DNA of 64,000 bases from a virus (taxonomy: Duplodnaviria > Caudoviricetes), in IMG/VR virus record IMGVR_UViG_3300030104_002782, positions 260 through 64,259 of that record; one strand, given 5' to 3'. The translations under genes and the position numbers were made by a program. A model generated the notes under the pieces. That model searched no databases and had not been told where the DNA came from. It was given only the letters and a program-made list of their open reading frames with translations. Below, piece after piece: positions 8,588 through 17,835 of this stretch (positions within the stretch are counted from its first letter, which is position 1; every line of letters begins with the position of its first letter).

Positions 8588-9017
8588 ACAAAAACAATCC
8601 TTTAATGACCGTATGGTTAAACGCACAGTATTACCTACTATTTATCTATGGTTGCTTGCCGCAGGTTCAGTAGTGGCTATGGGTATATGGAAACCAGATG
8701 TAGTTTTGATAAATCTAGATGGTTTCATAGCATTGTTGGCAATTATTAGCGGTGTTGCTGTACCTGCACTTGGTACAGTGCTTCGTATGTGGGAATCAGA
8801 GCAGACTCAAGAAGTTGATAACATCCCTACTGAATTAAAGCATGAGCGTGACCGTGATGCCGCTACAAAAGAACATATCATAGAGTTAGAAAAGATTGCA
8901 CAGAAACATGAACATCTTCTTGCACAGATGGCTCAAGAGCATAGTCAAGAGATGGATAAAATTAGGGCAGATTTGAAATTAACTACTTTAGAGCCTATAA
9001 AGAAAAAGAAGGCGTGA
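8577..9017 (+). CDS. Membrane protein with two TM helices and a coiled-coil tail (holin-like)
   Basis: Two hydrophobic segments followed by a charged helical C-terminus. Confidence 0.6.
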   Translation: MKNKQKQSFNDRMVKRTVLPTIYLWLLAAGSVVAMGIWKPDVVLINLDGFIALLAIISGVAVPALGTVLRMWESEQTQEVDNIPTELKHERDRDAATKEHIIELEKIAQKHEHLLAQMAQEHSQEMDKIRADLKLTTLEPIKKKKA

Positions 9018-9022
9018 TATAG

Positions 9023-11413
9023 ATGCCTTCTGAAACAGTAGAGGCTCTACAGTACGGTAAGCCAAAGAAAAACGACCCACGCAAGACTCCCGCCCCTCCA
9101 AAAGATAGGAAAAAGGGTTCTAAGAAAAATAAACCGGGTTCTGCTAAGAAACCAAACTCGTCAATTAAGATGAGTAAAGAAACAGAGTCTAGAATCCGTA
9201 ATCTTATGGAGGAACATAATAAAAAGGTAGCAAAAAAGGGTAAAGGCTCAAAAGCAACTATGGGGAGACTAAAGTCTGTCTTTCGTAGGGGTGCTGGTGC
9301 TTTTAGCCGTAGTCATGCACCAAACATGTCAAGAACCGGCTGGGGAGTCGCTAGAGTCAAAGCATTCCTTTACTTATTGCGAAATGGTAGACCAAGTAAC
9401 CCTAACTACAAGCAAGACAACGATTTGTTACCAAAATCTCATCCAAGAGCAAGCGAAGAAACCGAAGATTATGAAGATTGGGATAATGAAGTCTTTAGTG
9501 CTGCTGAATATCAAGGTCGCAAAGTAACTCTCAATAAACCATTCCGCACTCCGGGCAAATCTAAGAAGTTTGCAGTATATACTAGAAATGAAAAAGGTAC
9601 TGTTGTAATTGTACGCTTTGGCGACCCTAATATGGAAATTAAGCGTGACGACCCTAAGAGACGCAAAGCATTCCGTGACAGGCATAACTGCGCTAGTCCC
9701 GGCCCGAAATGGAAAGCCCGATATTGGTCTTGTTATCAATGGCGAAGTGGTTCAAAAGTTAAAGGTAGTCAAGACTTTAATAAGACATCTGGCTGCTTAG
9801 AGTCAGACATGGGCTGCGGCTGTGGGTGTAAAGATACAAGCGTACAGGCCAAAATGGAGGACTATTTGTTTAGTAGTCCGGATGGCGCAAGAAAGAAATC
9901 GCAAGAAATAGGCTTTGATGGAGAAATACACGAGTCTACTTTAGCAGATGGTACTAAGATATATTCCCCAGCAAAAACTGAAAGAGAGTTTATTGAATGG
10001 TATCGCAAAAACGACTCAGATGCAGAAAATGAATTATCTGCGGCAGAACCTACTCCTAAAGATAATGAGACTCACGACCAATATATGTCCCGTTGTCAAG
10101 AGATGGGTTATTCTGAAGAAGAGTGTATGGCTGCACATAAAGGTCACACTTTTATGGATGAAGAGAAAGTAGAAGGATATGGCGGAGGCGGAGGCGGAGG
10201 CTATAGTAAACCAGATAATTCTTGTAAAGACGGCTATGAAAAAAGAAATGGTATGTGTGTAAAGGTAGCATTTAACTTAGATGTAGATGTCACAGTAGAT
10301 GAGACTGTAATAGAAGCAAGCACAGGTAGGCAGATTGTAAGAATTACAGGAATAGCATTCCATGATGGTATAAACAAAAATGGATGGCAACTTACTCGTA
10401 AAGGTGCAGAATTAGCAATATCGCAAATGTTCGGTGCAGATTTAACATTAAACCACCCTCCCGCAGAGAATGGTAGATTTACTCGCAATATGGATGGTGG
10501 GGTAAAAGACGCTATAGTAGGTATAGTCACTGAGGCTTTTATCGTAGACACTGAACAAGGCTGGGATGTGGGCTTCAAAGCAGAAGTCCACAGGCCAGAA
10601 TTGTTTGAGGCTCTAGAGTCTGGTATGTGGCTACGCCCAGATTACGGAGTATCTATTGGCGGAACAGGAATACCGGATTCGGTTACAGAACACAAAGATG
10701 GTAAAATAGTAATGACATTTGAAAGTGACTTTAGATTAGACCATCTTGCGATAGTTCATAGACCCGCTTATCCTCGTGCAAATATAAAAACTGTTGAAAA
10801 ACTAGAATTAACTGCCGAAGAAGAAGTAAGTATTATAAGTCAAACCGATAGTGGAGTAAATACCGAAAAGGTGAATATAATGACTGACGAAGAAATTATT
10901 AACATCGAAGCATCCGAAGAAGATGTTGTCGAGACCGTAGCAGAAGAGGTTATTACCCCAGATTATTCAGCAGAGATTGAAGCATTAAAGGCTTCACTTG
11001 CAGAAAAAGAATCAGAAGTTGCCGCTTTCAAAGCAGCAGAAGAATTAAAGGTAGAAGAAATGCGCCTTTCTCTTGTAGCAAAAGCAACATCCCTTGGAAT
11101 GTCCGGACATGATGAATTAAACTCTGAAACCCTAGAATCACTTATTGCCTCTTGGGAGGCAAGCAAGCCTGTCGTAGAAGATGAGGTAGTTGAGATGAAA
11201 CCTATCAAAGCATCAACAGATGTAGAAGTAGTTAGCACTCCTAGCGAAGATTCCGACATGGTAGTAGCAAACTACTTGAATGGTAGAAAACTAAAAACCC
11301 CCGAAAGCACTTACGAAAAGGCTTTCAATGTGTGGGCTTCCGCATGGAATAAGACACAAACCGACTCCAAAGCACCAACATATGCAGAGGCAAAGGAGAA
11401 AATGATGCTCTAA
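9023..11413 (+). CDS. Multidomain prohead protease/scaffold protein
   Basis: Protease-like core (ITGIAFH...NKNGW, LNHP, GVSIG, DHLAIV..PAY) and acidic coiled-coil C-terminus; lies between portal and capsid. Confidence 0.8.
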   Translation: MPSETVEALQYGKPKKNDPRKTPAPPKDRKKGSKKNKPGSAKKPNSSIKMSKETESRIRNLMEEHNKKVAKKGKGSKATMGRLKSVFRRGAGAFSRSHAPNMSRTGWGVARVKAFLYLLRNGRPSNPNYKQDNDLLPKSHPRASEETEDYEDWDNEVFSAAEYQGRKVTLNKPFRTPGKSKKFAVYTRNEKGTVVIVRFGDPNMEIKRDDPKRRKAFRDRHNCASPGPKWKARYWSCYQWRSGSKVKGSQDFNKTSGCLESDMGCGCGCKDTSVQAKMEDYLFSSPDGARKKSQEIGFDGEIHESTLADGTKIYSPAKTEREFIEWYRKNDSDAENELSAAEPTPKDNETHDQYMSRCQEMGYSEEECMAAHKGHTFMDEEKVEGYGGGGGGGYSKPDNSCKDGYEKRNGMCVKVAFNLDVDVTVDETVIEASTGRQIVRITGIAFHDGINKNGWQLTRKGAELAISQMFGADLTLNHPPAENGRFTRNMDGGVKDAIVGIVTEAFIVDTEQGWDVGFKAEVHRPELFEALESGMWLRPDYGVSIGGTGIPDSVTEHKDGKIVMTFESDFRLDHLAIVHRPAYPRANIKTVEKLELTAEEEVSIISQTDSGVNTEKVNIMTDEEIINIEASEEDVVETVAEEVITPDYSAEIEALKASLAEKESEVAAFKAAEELKVEEMRLSLVAKATSLGMSGHDELNSETLESLIASWEASKPVVEDEVVEMKPIKASTDVEVVSTPSEDSDMVVANYLNGRKLKTPESTYEKAFNVWASAWNKTQTDSKAPTYAEAKEKMML

Positions 11414-11447
11414 GCATTTTAATAAATAAAAAATAGGAATTGATAAA

Positions 11448-11861
11448 ATGAGTACAACAACCCCAGCAAATTGTAAAGATATACAAAACACATTCGCTTC
11501 AAGCGGATTGCTTGTAAAGTATGACGCAAGCGGCATTATGGTGACTGCAAGCGTGACAGACAAACCAATTGGTGTGACTGCTGATGAGTCTAGCCGTGAT
11601 GTAAACGGATTAGAAGCAGCCGGTACAGGACATGTCGCTATTCTCCCTTTGACCGGAGTCCAATACATTAAGTGTGTTGGTGGCGGTGCTTTGAAAACAG
11701 GCGAGCGTCTATACACTTCTCAAACTGCACAGGCTGACGGCCACTGTCACACTGATGCTTCAAACTCTTCTACCTTTATTGGATTTTACTTCGGTGAAGA
11801 TGGAATTACCCCTGCGGCTGGCGATTTAATTGCAGTCGCTTGTGCGGGAGGCGTTGAGTGA
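11448..11861 (+). CDS. Capsid cement/decoration protein
   Basis: Small G/A/T-rich protein (PIGV...; GERLY) immediately before the capsid gene. Confidence 0.65.
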   Translation: MSTTTPANCKDIQNTFASSGLLVKYDASGIMVTASVTDKPIGVTADESSRDVNGLEAAGTGHVAILPLTGVQYIKCVGGGALKTGERLYTSQTAQADGHCHTDASNSSTFIGFYFGEDGITPAAGDLIAVACAGGVE

Positions 11862-11901
11862 TTTTATCACTTAATATAATTAATATATGGAGATGAAAAA
11901 A

Positions 11902-12801
11902 ATGGCTAACGAAACACTAGAACAAATCTTAACAGTCGAAGCAGCAACAGGCCCATTCGGACAGGCTGATGCAGTCCTTGAGCAGACCCTTCGTGACTTT
12001 ATTCAACTACAATCCACACTAATTAGTGTTGGAACAAAGGTTGTTGGAGTACGCAGAGTCGGATGGCTTGAGTTTACTTGGTACACAGGACAAGACGGCA
12101 CATTCGCATACCCACTAGCAGATAACGCGGTTACTGACCCAACCAAGATTGGAACCAGCAACTACTCTGTTCACCTAAGAAAGGGACAAGGCCGATGTGT
12201 TTTCCTTGACTCCACACTACTTCGTGGCGAATCTTGGGAAAACATTGACCGTCAGCAACTTGCTATTATCCGCAACATGGCTGATGTCATAGACGACCTT
12301 ATCCTTGATGCTCTAATCGCTGGTGCAGACCAGACCGTAGCAGTATCGGGTGGTTCAGAATGGGACACCGCTTCCGCAGATGCAGAAGCAAACATCTTGG
12401 CTGCTATGGATAAGATTTTTGAGAACGGCAGAGTCTCCGGTAACGAACCATTGGCTCTTATCGTACCTGCAAAGCACCGAAATGTTTTGCTTAACACTAC
12501 TCTTTACGGAAATGTTGTTGAGTCCCTTGCTGAACACCTAGGTCGTATCGGAAACTTGACAATCTACTATACTCGTAACGCTGGATTTGCTGACACCGCA
12601 GTCCTTATGGTTCCGGGTGCAGAGACAGGAGAGTTCTTCCAATACAACGGTGACGGATTCCAAGAGACTGAATTGACTCGTATTCCGGGCGTTGGTTACG
12701 ATTGGATGCTAACAGGCTACATGGGCTGTGTCATTCACGAAGATGGTGGAACCGCAGGTAAAAACAGTCGAATCTGCACAATAACAAACATCTCCGCTTG
12801 A
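11902..12801 (+). CDS. Major capsid protein (HK97 fold inferred)
   Basis: About 300 aa in the canonical position, GGAG RBS, IDDLILDAL spine-helix-like segment. Confidence 0.8.
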   Translation: MANETLEQILTVEAATGPFGQADAVLEQTLRDFIQLQSTLISVGTKVVGVRRVGWLEFTWYTGQDGTFAYPLADNAVTDPTKIGTSNYSVHLRKGQGRCVFLDSTLLRGESWENIDRQQLAIIRNMADVIDDLILDALIAGADQTVAVSGGSEWDTASADAEANILAAMDKIFENGRVSGNEPLALIVPAKHRNVLLNTTLYGNVVESLAEHLGRIGNLTIYYTRNAGFADTAVLMVPGAETGEFFQYNGDGFQETELTRIPGVGYDWMLTGYMGCVIHEDGGTAGKNSRICTITNISA

Positions 12802-12813
12802 AGGTGATGTTAA

Positions 12814-13056
12814 TTGTCAGATAGAGCAGAGTTTATGAAGCGGTATGCCGCAGATATACTAGGCAGAGACTTAACTGATGATGAGGCGGATTTGGTTTCG
12901 CAAGAAACCAACCGTCGCATCGTCAGAGACTTATGTGGTACTTTTAAGGTTTCAAAACCTAAGAAGTCAAAAGCAAAACCTAAGATTAGTGTAGATAAAG
13001 AATTGGAGAGTGTAATAAATGAAATCGAAAGCAGCAGTAGCAAAGGCTCTGAATGA
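12814..13056 (+). CDS. Hypothetical protein
   Basis: AGGTGA RBS; within the operon. Confidence 0.55.
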   Translation: MSDRAEFMKRYAADILGRDLTDDEADLVSQETNRRIVRDLCGTFKVSKPKKSKAKPKISVDKELESVINEIESSSSKGSE

Positions 13057-13456
13057 TGCTGGAATCCCTCTTCCTAAAGAGGATTCTTACGATGCCATGA
13101 TGCACCGTCTAAATACTTGGTCTGCCGGACATGGGTATTTGTTTCGCAGAATGAAGTCAAGATTTTATGCACAACAGAAATTACCTGCTGAGATTCCTCT
13201 AGGTACAGTCATTTGGGTTCCAAATAGTAAGTTTGCTAGAGATTTAATTAGGACAGGTGCTATGTTCCCTATGGGTCGTGCGCCTTATGACGACAAGTAT
13301 ACTATGATTGATGTCCCTAAGACAGAAGATTATGTAGAGCCTGTGGTAGAAAAACCTAAGCCTAAACCTAAAGCAAAGCCTAAAAAGACAAGTAAACCTA
13401 AGAAGAATAGTAAGAAGGTGAAGTCAGATGGCGGTAACGACAAGTCAGATTCGTGA
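13019..13456 (+). CDS. Hypothetical protein with Lys/Pro-rich C-terminus
   Basis: GGAG RBS; KPKPKPKAK tail. Confidence 0.65.
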   Translation: MKSKAAVAKALNDAGIPLPKEDSYDAMMHRLNTWSAGHGYLFRRMKSRFYAQQKLPAEIPLGTVIWVPNSKFARDLIRTGAMFPMGRAPYDDKYTMIDVPKTEDYVEPVVEKPKPKPKAKPKKTSKPKKNSKKVKSDGGNDKSDS

Positions 13457-13817
13457 TTTGCTAAACAGACCGAGAGGACTGAATGACGGCACTGTTACTG
13501 AATATATTACTATTCGTACTGCACAGATAAATAAACAAGTAAGGGCTTCTGGTCTTTATGGTATTTCTTCAGATAGTGCTATTACAGATACTCTAAAAGA
13601 ATCTGCTATCAAAATGATGGTATGTGTAGATTGTTTGCGAGTTATGATTGATACAATTCCTTCGTATGTCCCAGAGAATGAGCAGAGACAGCAAGACATA
13701 CGATTAACAGCACAATTAAGGTCTTTTGAAAGACAGGCGCAAAGCCTATTAGACCAAGTAAGCGAAGCGGCTGGCTCTGCATTCTTTGTTGATTCTACAT
13801 CAACAGGACAGAGTTAG
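13428..13817 (+). CDS. Putative head completion/adaptor protein
   Basis: Size, helical pattern and position after the capsid gene; AGGTGA RBS. Confidence 0.55.
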   Translation: MAVTTSQIRDLLNRPRGLNDGTVTEYITIRTAQINKQVRASGLYGISSDSAITDTLKESAIKMMVCVDCLRVMIDTIPSYVPENEQRQQDIRLTAQLRSFERQAQSLLDQVSEAAGSAFFVDSTSTGQS

Positions 13818-13826
13818 GTGTAATAT

Positions 13827-15875
13827 ATGACAGATTATACATGGGTAGGCGGAACATCAGCAGATGCTTCTACTGCTGCTAATTGGAATCCTTCATCCGG
13901 AATCCCTAATACATCTTCTGATACCGCTATATTCGCAAATGCAGCCGCTTGTACTTGGACTATCGCAACAGTAGGTAATATACTAATAAAAGAGACCTAT
14001 ACAGGAATACTAACTATTAATAATGCAGTTGCCATAACAGGACTTGTAATTGATGCTGCCGGTAAAATAGATGCTGCTGCTGGCAGAATCCTAACATTTA
14101 GCGGCACTCCTCCTTATAATAGTGGAAAAACTCATATTGTTCACGGTTATTCAACAGATGATTCCCCCTTTAGAACAGAAACCGCAAGAGGACATATTAC
14201 TTACAAAATGAATGGTAGTAGTGCTATTACTTACGATTCCGGTATATACCCTCACATACTACTTACTAACGGTAGTCATACGCCAGACTATGCTATGGTA
14301 TCTGGTACTAGAACCAATCAAATAAAGTTTCATTCTCTTACTGTAAATAGTGGTGCTACTTTTGCACCCGCTTCTGCTACCCCTAGTGCTAATGACCGTT
14401 TGCGAAAATGGATTTCTGAAACTGCCGTAGCAAGTCAATTTGCGATAAGTAGCGGGGTTGCTAGTTTTAATGGCGGTTACGCAGAGTGGACTTTTCAAGC
14501 AATAAGTTCTGGGTTTCCTATTCCTACATCCGGAGTTGCTACATACAATCAATGTAAGTTTACATTTGATAAAATGGTAATAGATGCTAGCGTAGCAGGG
14601 GTAGGTAAATGGGCGCAAATTATTGCCCCTTCAAGATTAATACTAACAGATTTTACAGTAAATGTAGGTGCGTCTGTTAAAGGCAGTAGTAGTTCTACAG
14701 GTTGTGCTATTCTCTTAGTAAATAAACCTAAAATACATGGAACATGGTCTTTCCTCCCTGTTGCTGATGGTTACTATGTATATCCTAAGACAGGAGAAAC
14801 TTTAGGTTATCCTAGTGGGGGAACAGGTCTTAATTCTTTAGGTTCTGCTAATCAAGTCCTTGCTACAAATGCGGGTGCTACTGCTATGGAGTGGCAGACT
14901 GTATCGGCTGGGTCTGGCGACATAACAGGAGTAACAATAACTACTGATAGTGGCGGTGGTTCAAAAGCCGAAGATACAGGAGGGTCAGCAGACTTTTCTA
15001 TATTGGGCGCAACAGGCGTAGGTGTAACAAACAGTGGTACTACAATTACAGCCGTTGCTATTCCCGCAGAAATAGACCACGACTCACTACAAAACTTCGT
15101 AGCGGCAGAACATGTTGATTGGGCTGGTGCAAGCGCAGGTACAATACACGCAAGTAACTATACTAATACTGTACCAGATGCTACAAATGTAGCGGCTGCT
15201 GGCGCACTAATGGATAGCGAAGTAACAAACTTAGCAGATGTCAAAGCCTTTAACCCTGCGGCATATGCTACTGCGGCTCAAGGTGCAAAGGCTGATACAG
15301 CATTACAACCGGGTACAGCAGTAGCACCGGGCGACCCTGTTAGTTTATTGGCTAATGATGCCGGTTACTTGGATGCGGCTACAACACCTACTGCTAATTT
15401 TTGTCAGTGGAATGATATAAGCGCAGACATTACTGCATCGGGTGTTGGGTCTAATACACTTGTCAATAATTGGAGTTATACCACAGGCAATACTGATATT
15501 AGAGATGCCATGTCAAGTGGTGTATGGACTTGTACTGCCGCTTTAGCCGGAACATATTTGATTATCTCTAAAATACAATTCAAAACCGGAACACTATCAG
15601 AATCCGCAGGTGTAAATTACAAATTACAGAATCTTAATTACAAAAATGCAGGTGGTGGAACGCCAAGTAGCGGAACACTAAGTAACTTCGCAAGACACAT
15701 GAATGCTGATTTTTACATTGGATATATTCTTGAAACACAATTTATACTAACAATAGCAGATACAGATACATTCGGTGTATATGCTAAGATTGCCACATCA
15801 AGCGGTAGTGGTAATTTCAAAATAGCAAGCGGGTCAAACGCCATGACTTCTTTGACAATGATTAAAATAGCGTGA
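13827..15875 (+). CDS. Fibre/adhesin-like virion protein
   Basis: A/G/S/T-rich; N-terminal W..AANW.P...P motif, fibre-type GGTGL..LG.ANQVL and YATAAQGAKAD segments. Confidence 0.7.
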   Translation: MTDYTWVGGTSADASTAANWNPSSGIPNTSSDTAIFANAAACTWTIATVGNILIKETYTGILTINNAVAITGLVIDAAGKIDAAAGRILTFSGTPPYNSGKTHIVHGYSTDDSPFRTETARGHITYKMNGSSAITYDSGIYPHILLTNGSHTPDYAMVSGTRTNQIKFHSLTVNSGATFAPASATPSANDRLRKWISETAVASQFAISSGVASFNGGYAEWTFQAISSGFPIPTSGVATYNQCKFTFDKMVIDASVAGVGKWAQIIAPSRLILTDFTVNVGASVKGSSSSTGCAILLVNKPKIHGTWSFLPVADGYYVYPKTGETLGYPSGGTGLNSLGSANQVLATNAGATAMEWQTVSAGSGDITGVTITTDSGGGSKAEDTGGSADFSILGATGVGVTNSGTTITAVAIPAEIDHDSLQNFVAAEHVDWAGASAGTIHASNYTNTVPDATNVAAAGALMDSEVTNLADVKAFNPAAYATAAQGAKADTALQPGTAVAPGDPVSLLANDAGYLDAATTPTANFCQWNDISADITASGVGSNTLVNNWSYTTGNTDIRDAMSSGVWTCTAALAGTYLIISKIQFKTGTLSESAGVNYKLQNLNYKNAGGGTPSSGTLSNFARHMNADFYIGYILETQFILTIADTDTFGVYAKIATSSGSGNFKIASGSNAMTSLTMIKIA

Positions 15876-15879
15876 TAAT

Positions 15880-16062
15880 ATGTGTAGTGATTGTAGTAAT
15901 TTAGGAGATGTAATGTTCACACATTACGATGCAGAATTAAGAGCCGATACCCCCCTTCTATTTGATGATGGCGGGGTATTTACAGTTAGGCTTGATAATT
16001 GGCCGACAGACATTAGTACGGCCCCAACAATGGAACATTTGAATAGTTTGATAGGTGGTTAA
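15880..16062 (+). CDS. Small hypothetical protein, possible fibre chaperone
   Basis: Follows the fibre gene; W...APT..L motif. Confidence 0.45.
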   Translation: MCSDCSNLGDVMFTHYDAELRADTPLLFDDGGVFTVRLDNWPTDISTAPTMEHLNSLIGG

Positions 16063-16063
16063 A

Positions 16064-16165
16064 ATGACAAGATGCGTATTATTAGATACATGGTTTGATG
16101 CAAAGTCTAAGGAATTAGATAAAGCAGAAAAAGAACAAAAGAAAGATTTAATTACAGGTGAATAA
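16064..16165 (+). CDS. 33-aa microprotein
   Basis: Manual translation MTRCVLLDTWFDAKSKELDKAEKEQKKDLITGE; AGGTGG RBS. Confidence 0.45.
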   Translation: MTRCVLLDTWFDAKSKELDKAEKEQKKDLITGE

Positions 16166-16166
16166 A

Positions 16167-16334
16167 ATGAAAATGAAAGGAAAAATAATATATACACCGC
16201 CAGAAAGATGTTACGCTAATGTAAACATTGAAGAAACACCATACGGCTATAGGTTGTATAGGGAGGGCGAAAGCCAACCGTTTATGTCTCTACCATTCAG
16301 TTGTGTAAAGGCAGTAGAATATAAAAAGGAATGA
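16167..16334 (+). CDS. 55-aa hypothetical protein
   Basis: Manual translation MKMKGKIIYTPPERCYANV...; AGGTGA RBS; ATGA overlap with the next ORF. Confidence 0.55.
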   Translation: MKMKGKIIYTPPERCYANVNIEETPYGYRLYREGESQPFMSLPFSCVKAVEYKKE

Positions 16335-16624
16335 TAAATATGCAAGAATACATGTATTATGCGACAGGAGTAGCGATTGTAGGTGCTGGTCTATACGGCA
16401 TCTATAAGAAATATCTGAAAGATGGAAAACTAACATTAGATGAGGTTATGGATATTGTCGAGGATGTCGAAGATATTGTAGATGATTTAACTAATGCTTA
16501 TCCCTCTTTAGCAGAATTAAAGAAAATGAAAAAGGCTGAATTAGTAGCACTTTGCGAAAAGTATGATATTGACGCAAAAGGTGTAAAGGCTGAATTAGTT
16601 AGTAGACTATCGGAGTTGAAGTAA
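16331..16624 (+). CDS. Membrane-anchored SAP-domain protein
   Basis: N-terminal TM helix; C-terminal LKKMKKAELVALCEKYDIDAKGVKAELVSRL matches the SAP consensus. Confidence 0.75.
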   Translation: MINMQEYMYYATGVAIVGAGLYGIYKKYLKDGKLTLDEVMDIVEDVEDIVDDLTNAYPSLAELKKMKKAELVALCEKYDIDAKGVKAELVSRLSELK

Positions 16625-17148
16625 TGACATACTATTGCTCTGTTGCCGATGTTGGTCTAAGACTAGGTCTTGATAGCGCGCAGCGTAGCAGAGCAAGCAG
16701 TAGGATTACTTCTTGTATTCGCAGGGCAACAATCAAGATAGACCAATGCTTCAAAGATTATGGTAGAGATGAACCTAGTAAATCCACACAAAGTAATACT
16801 TTGAATGGTGCTATTACTGCTGGTGCTACTACTATTACTCTTACTTCTGGTACTGCTTTTAGCACATCTGGGAGTGGAAATGTAGATGGTGACTCTTTTA
16901 CATGGAGTGGCAAATCTACTCATCAATTAACAGGGGTTACAGGAATATCCTTCGACCATGCCTCCGGAGTTACTGTAGAAGAAGGAGAGTTTGCTCATGT
17001 TGTCAGAGAAATATGTGGTGATATAGCAAGCGGTCTTTATTTAGAAGATGAAGCAACACATCAGAAATCTGACGATATGAGAGGATATAACCTAAGAGAA
17101 AGGGGTTATATTGAATTGCAGAGATTAGCGCATCTAGGTAGTGTATAA
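16624..17148 (+). CDS. Head-tail adaptor with inserted beta-rich domain
   Basis: N-terminal YCSVADV...A...ID motif typical of gp6/gp15/Mu gp36-like adaptors. Confidence 0.65.
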   Translation: MTYYCSVADVGLRLGLDSAQRSRASSRITSCIRRATIKIDQCFKDYGRDEPSKSTQSNTLNGAITAGATTITLTSGTAFSTSGSGNVDGDSFTWSGKSTHQLTGVTGISFDHASGVTVEEGEFAHVVREICGDIASGLYLEDEATHQKSDDMRGYNLRERGYIELQRLAHLGSV

Positions 17149-17150
17149 TT

Positions 17151-17831
17151 ATGGTTCGTTCTAGCATGAGGATTGGCGTAGGTGGCCCACACGGTCAGTT
17201 ACCTTACAAAGGTAGCAGAGGCTCTAGTGGTGGCGCAATCAACATGCAGTTTAGGCTCGATTGGGATGACTCCGCTTTAATTGCTGCTATTAATGAATTA
17301 GGTTTAGATGGCCCTAAAGCCATGAAAAATATGTTAAGAGGCAGAATAGAATTAGCAATTGAGGAGACGCAAAAGAAACTAAAACAAATGGCTGGGCCAT
17401 TAGCAAATGTAACTGTCCCTCCTAGGTCTAAATCTATCCATACTACAATAGCAGATGCACTAAGACAAGACGATATAGCAGGTACTACATTTATTAGAGT
17501 GCATACTGCGGCAGATTCTAGAAAAGCACATGTTGGTAGAATTGGTACTCGTGGAGTTAATTTATCTAAAGTAATGGTAACAGGAATTAAACCATTTAAC
17601 TACTCTCCTTTTATGCCACAGTTAGTTAAATCTAGCGTAGGGTGGTTTGCTAAAACAAGAAACGCAGAAGATTATAGTATTGCTATGATGAAAAGGGGTA
17701 GACATCCGGGTTGGAAACGCACATTTGATTATTGTCTAGCAGTAGAAAACCATGTAAGAAAACATTTTAGAAATGATGCTAAGAAGTTTATTGAGTTTGT
17801 AACAGAAACTAAGGGGTTCTATAGTAGGTGA
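17151..17831 (+). CDS. Putative neck/tail completion protein
   Basis: Basic protein with an HPG motif, in the HK97 gp10-like position. Confidence 0.5.
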   Translation: MVRSSMRIGVGGPHGQLPYKGSRGSSGGAINMQFRLDWDDSALIAAINELGLDGPKAMKNMLRGRIELAIEETQKKLKQMAGPLANVTVPPRSKSIHTTIADALRQDDIAGTTFIRVHTAADSRKAHVGRIGTRGVNLSKVMVTGIKPFNYSPFMPQLVKSSVGWFAKTRNAEDYSIAMMKRGRHPGWKRTFDYCLAVENHVRKHFRNDAKKFIEFVTETKGFYSR

Positions 17832-17835
17832 TATT

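Noticed and set aside
10180-10202. GGCGGA repeat
   Set aside because: Encodes a poly-Gly linker in the protease.
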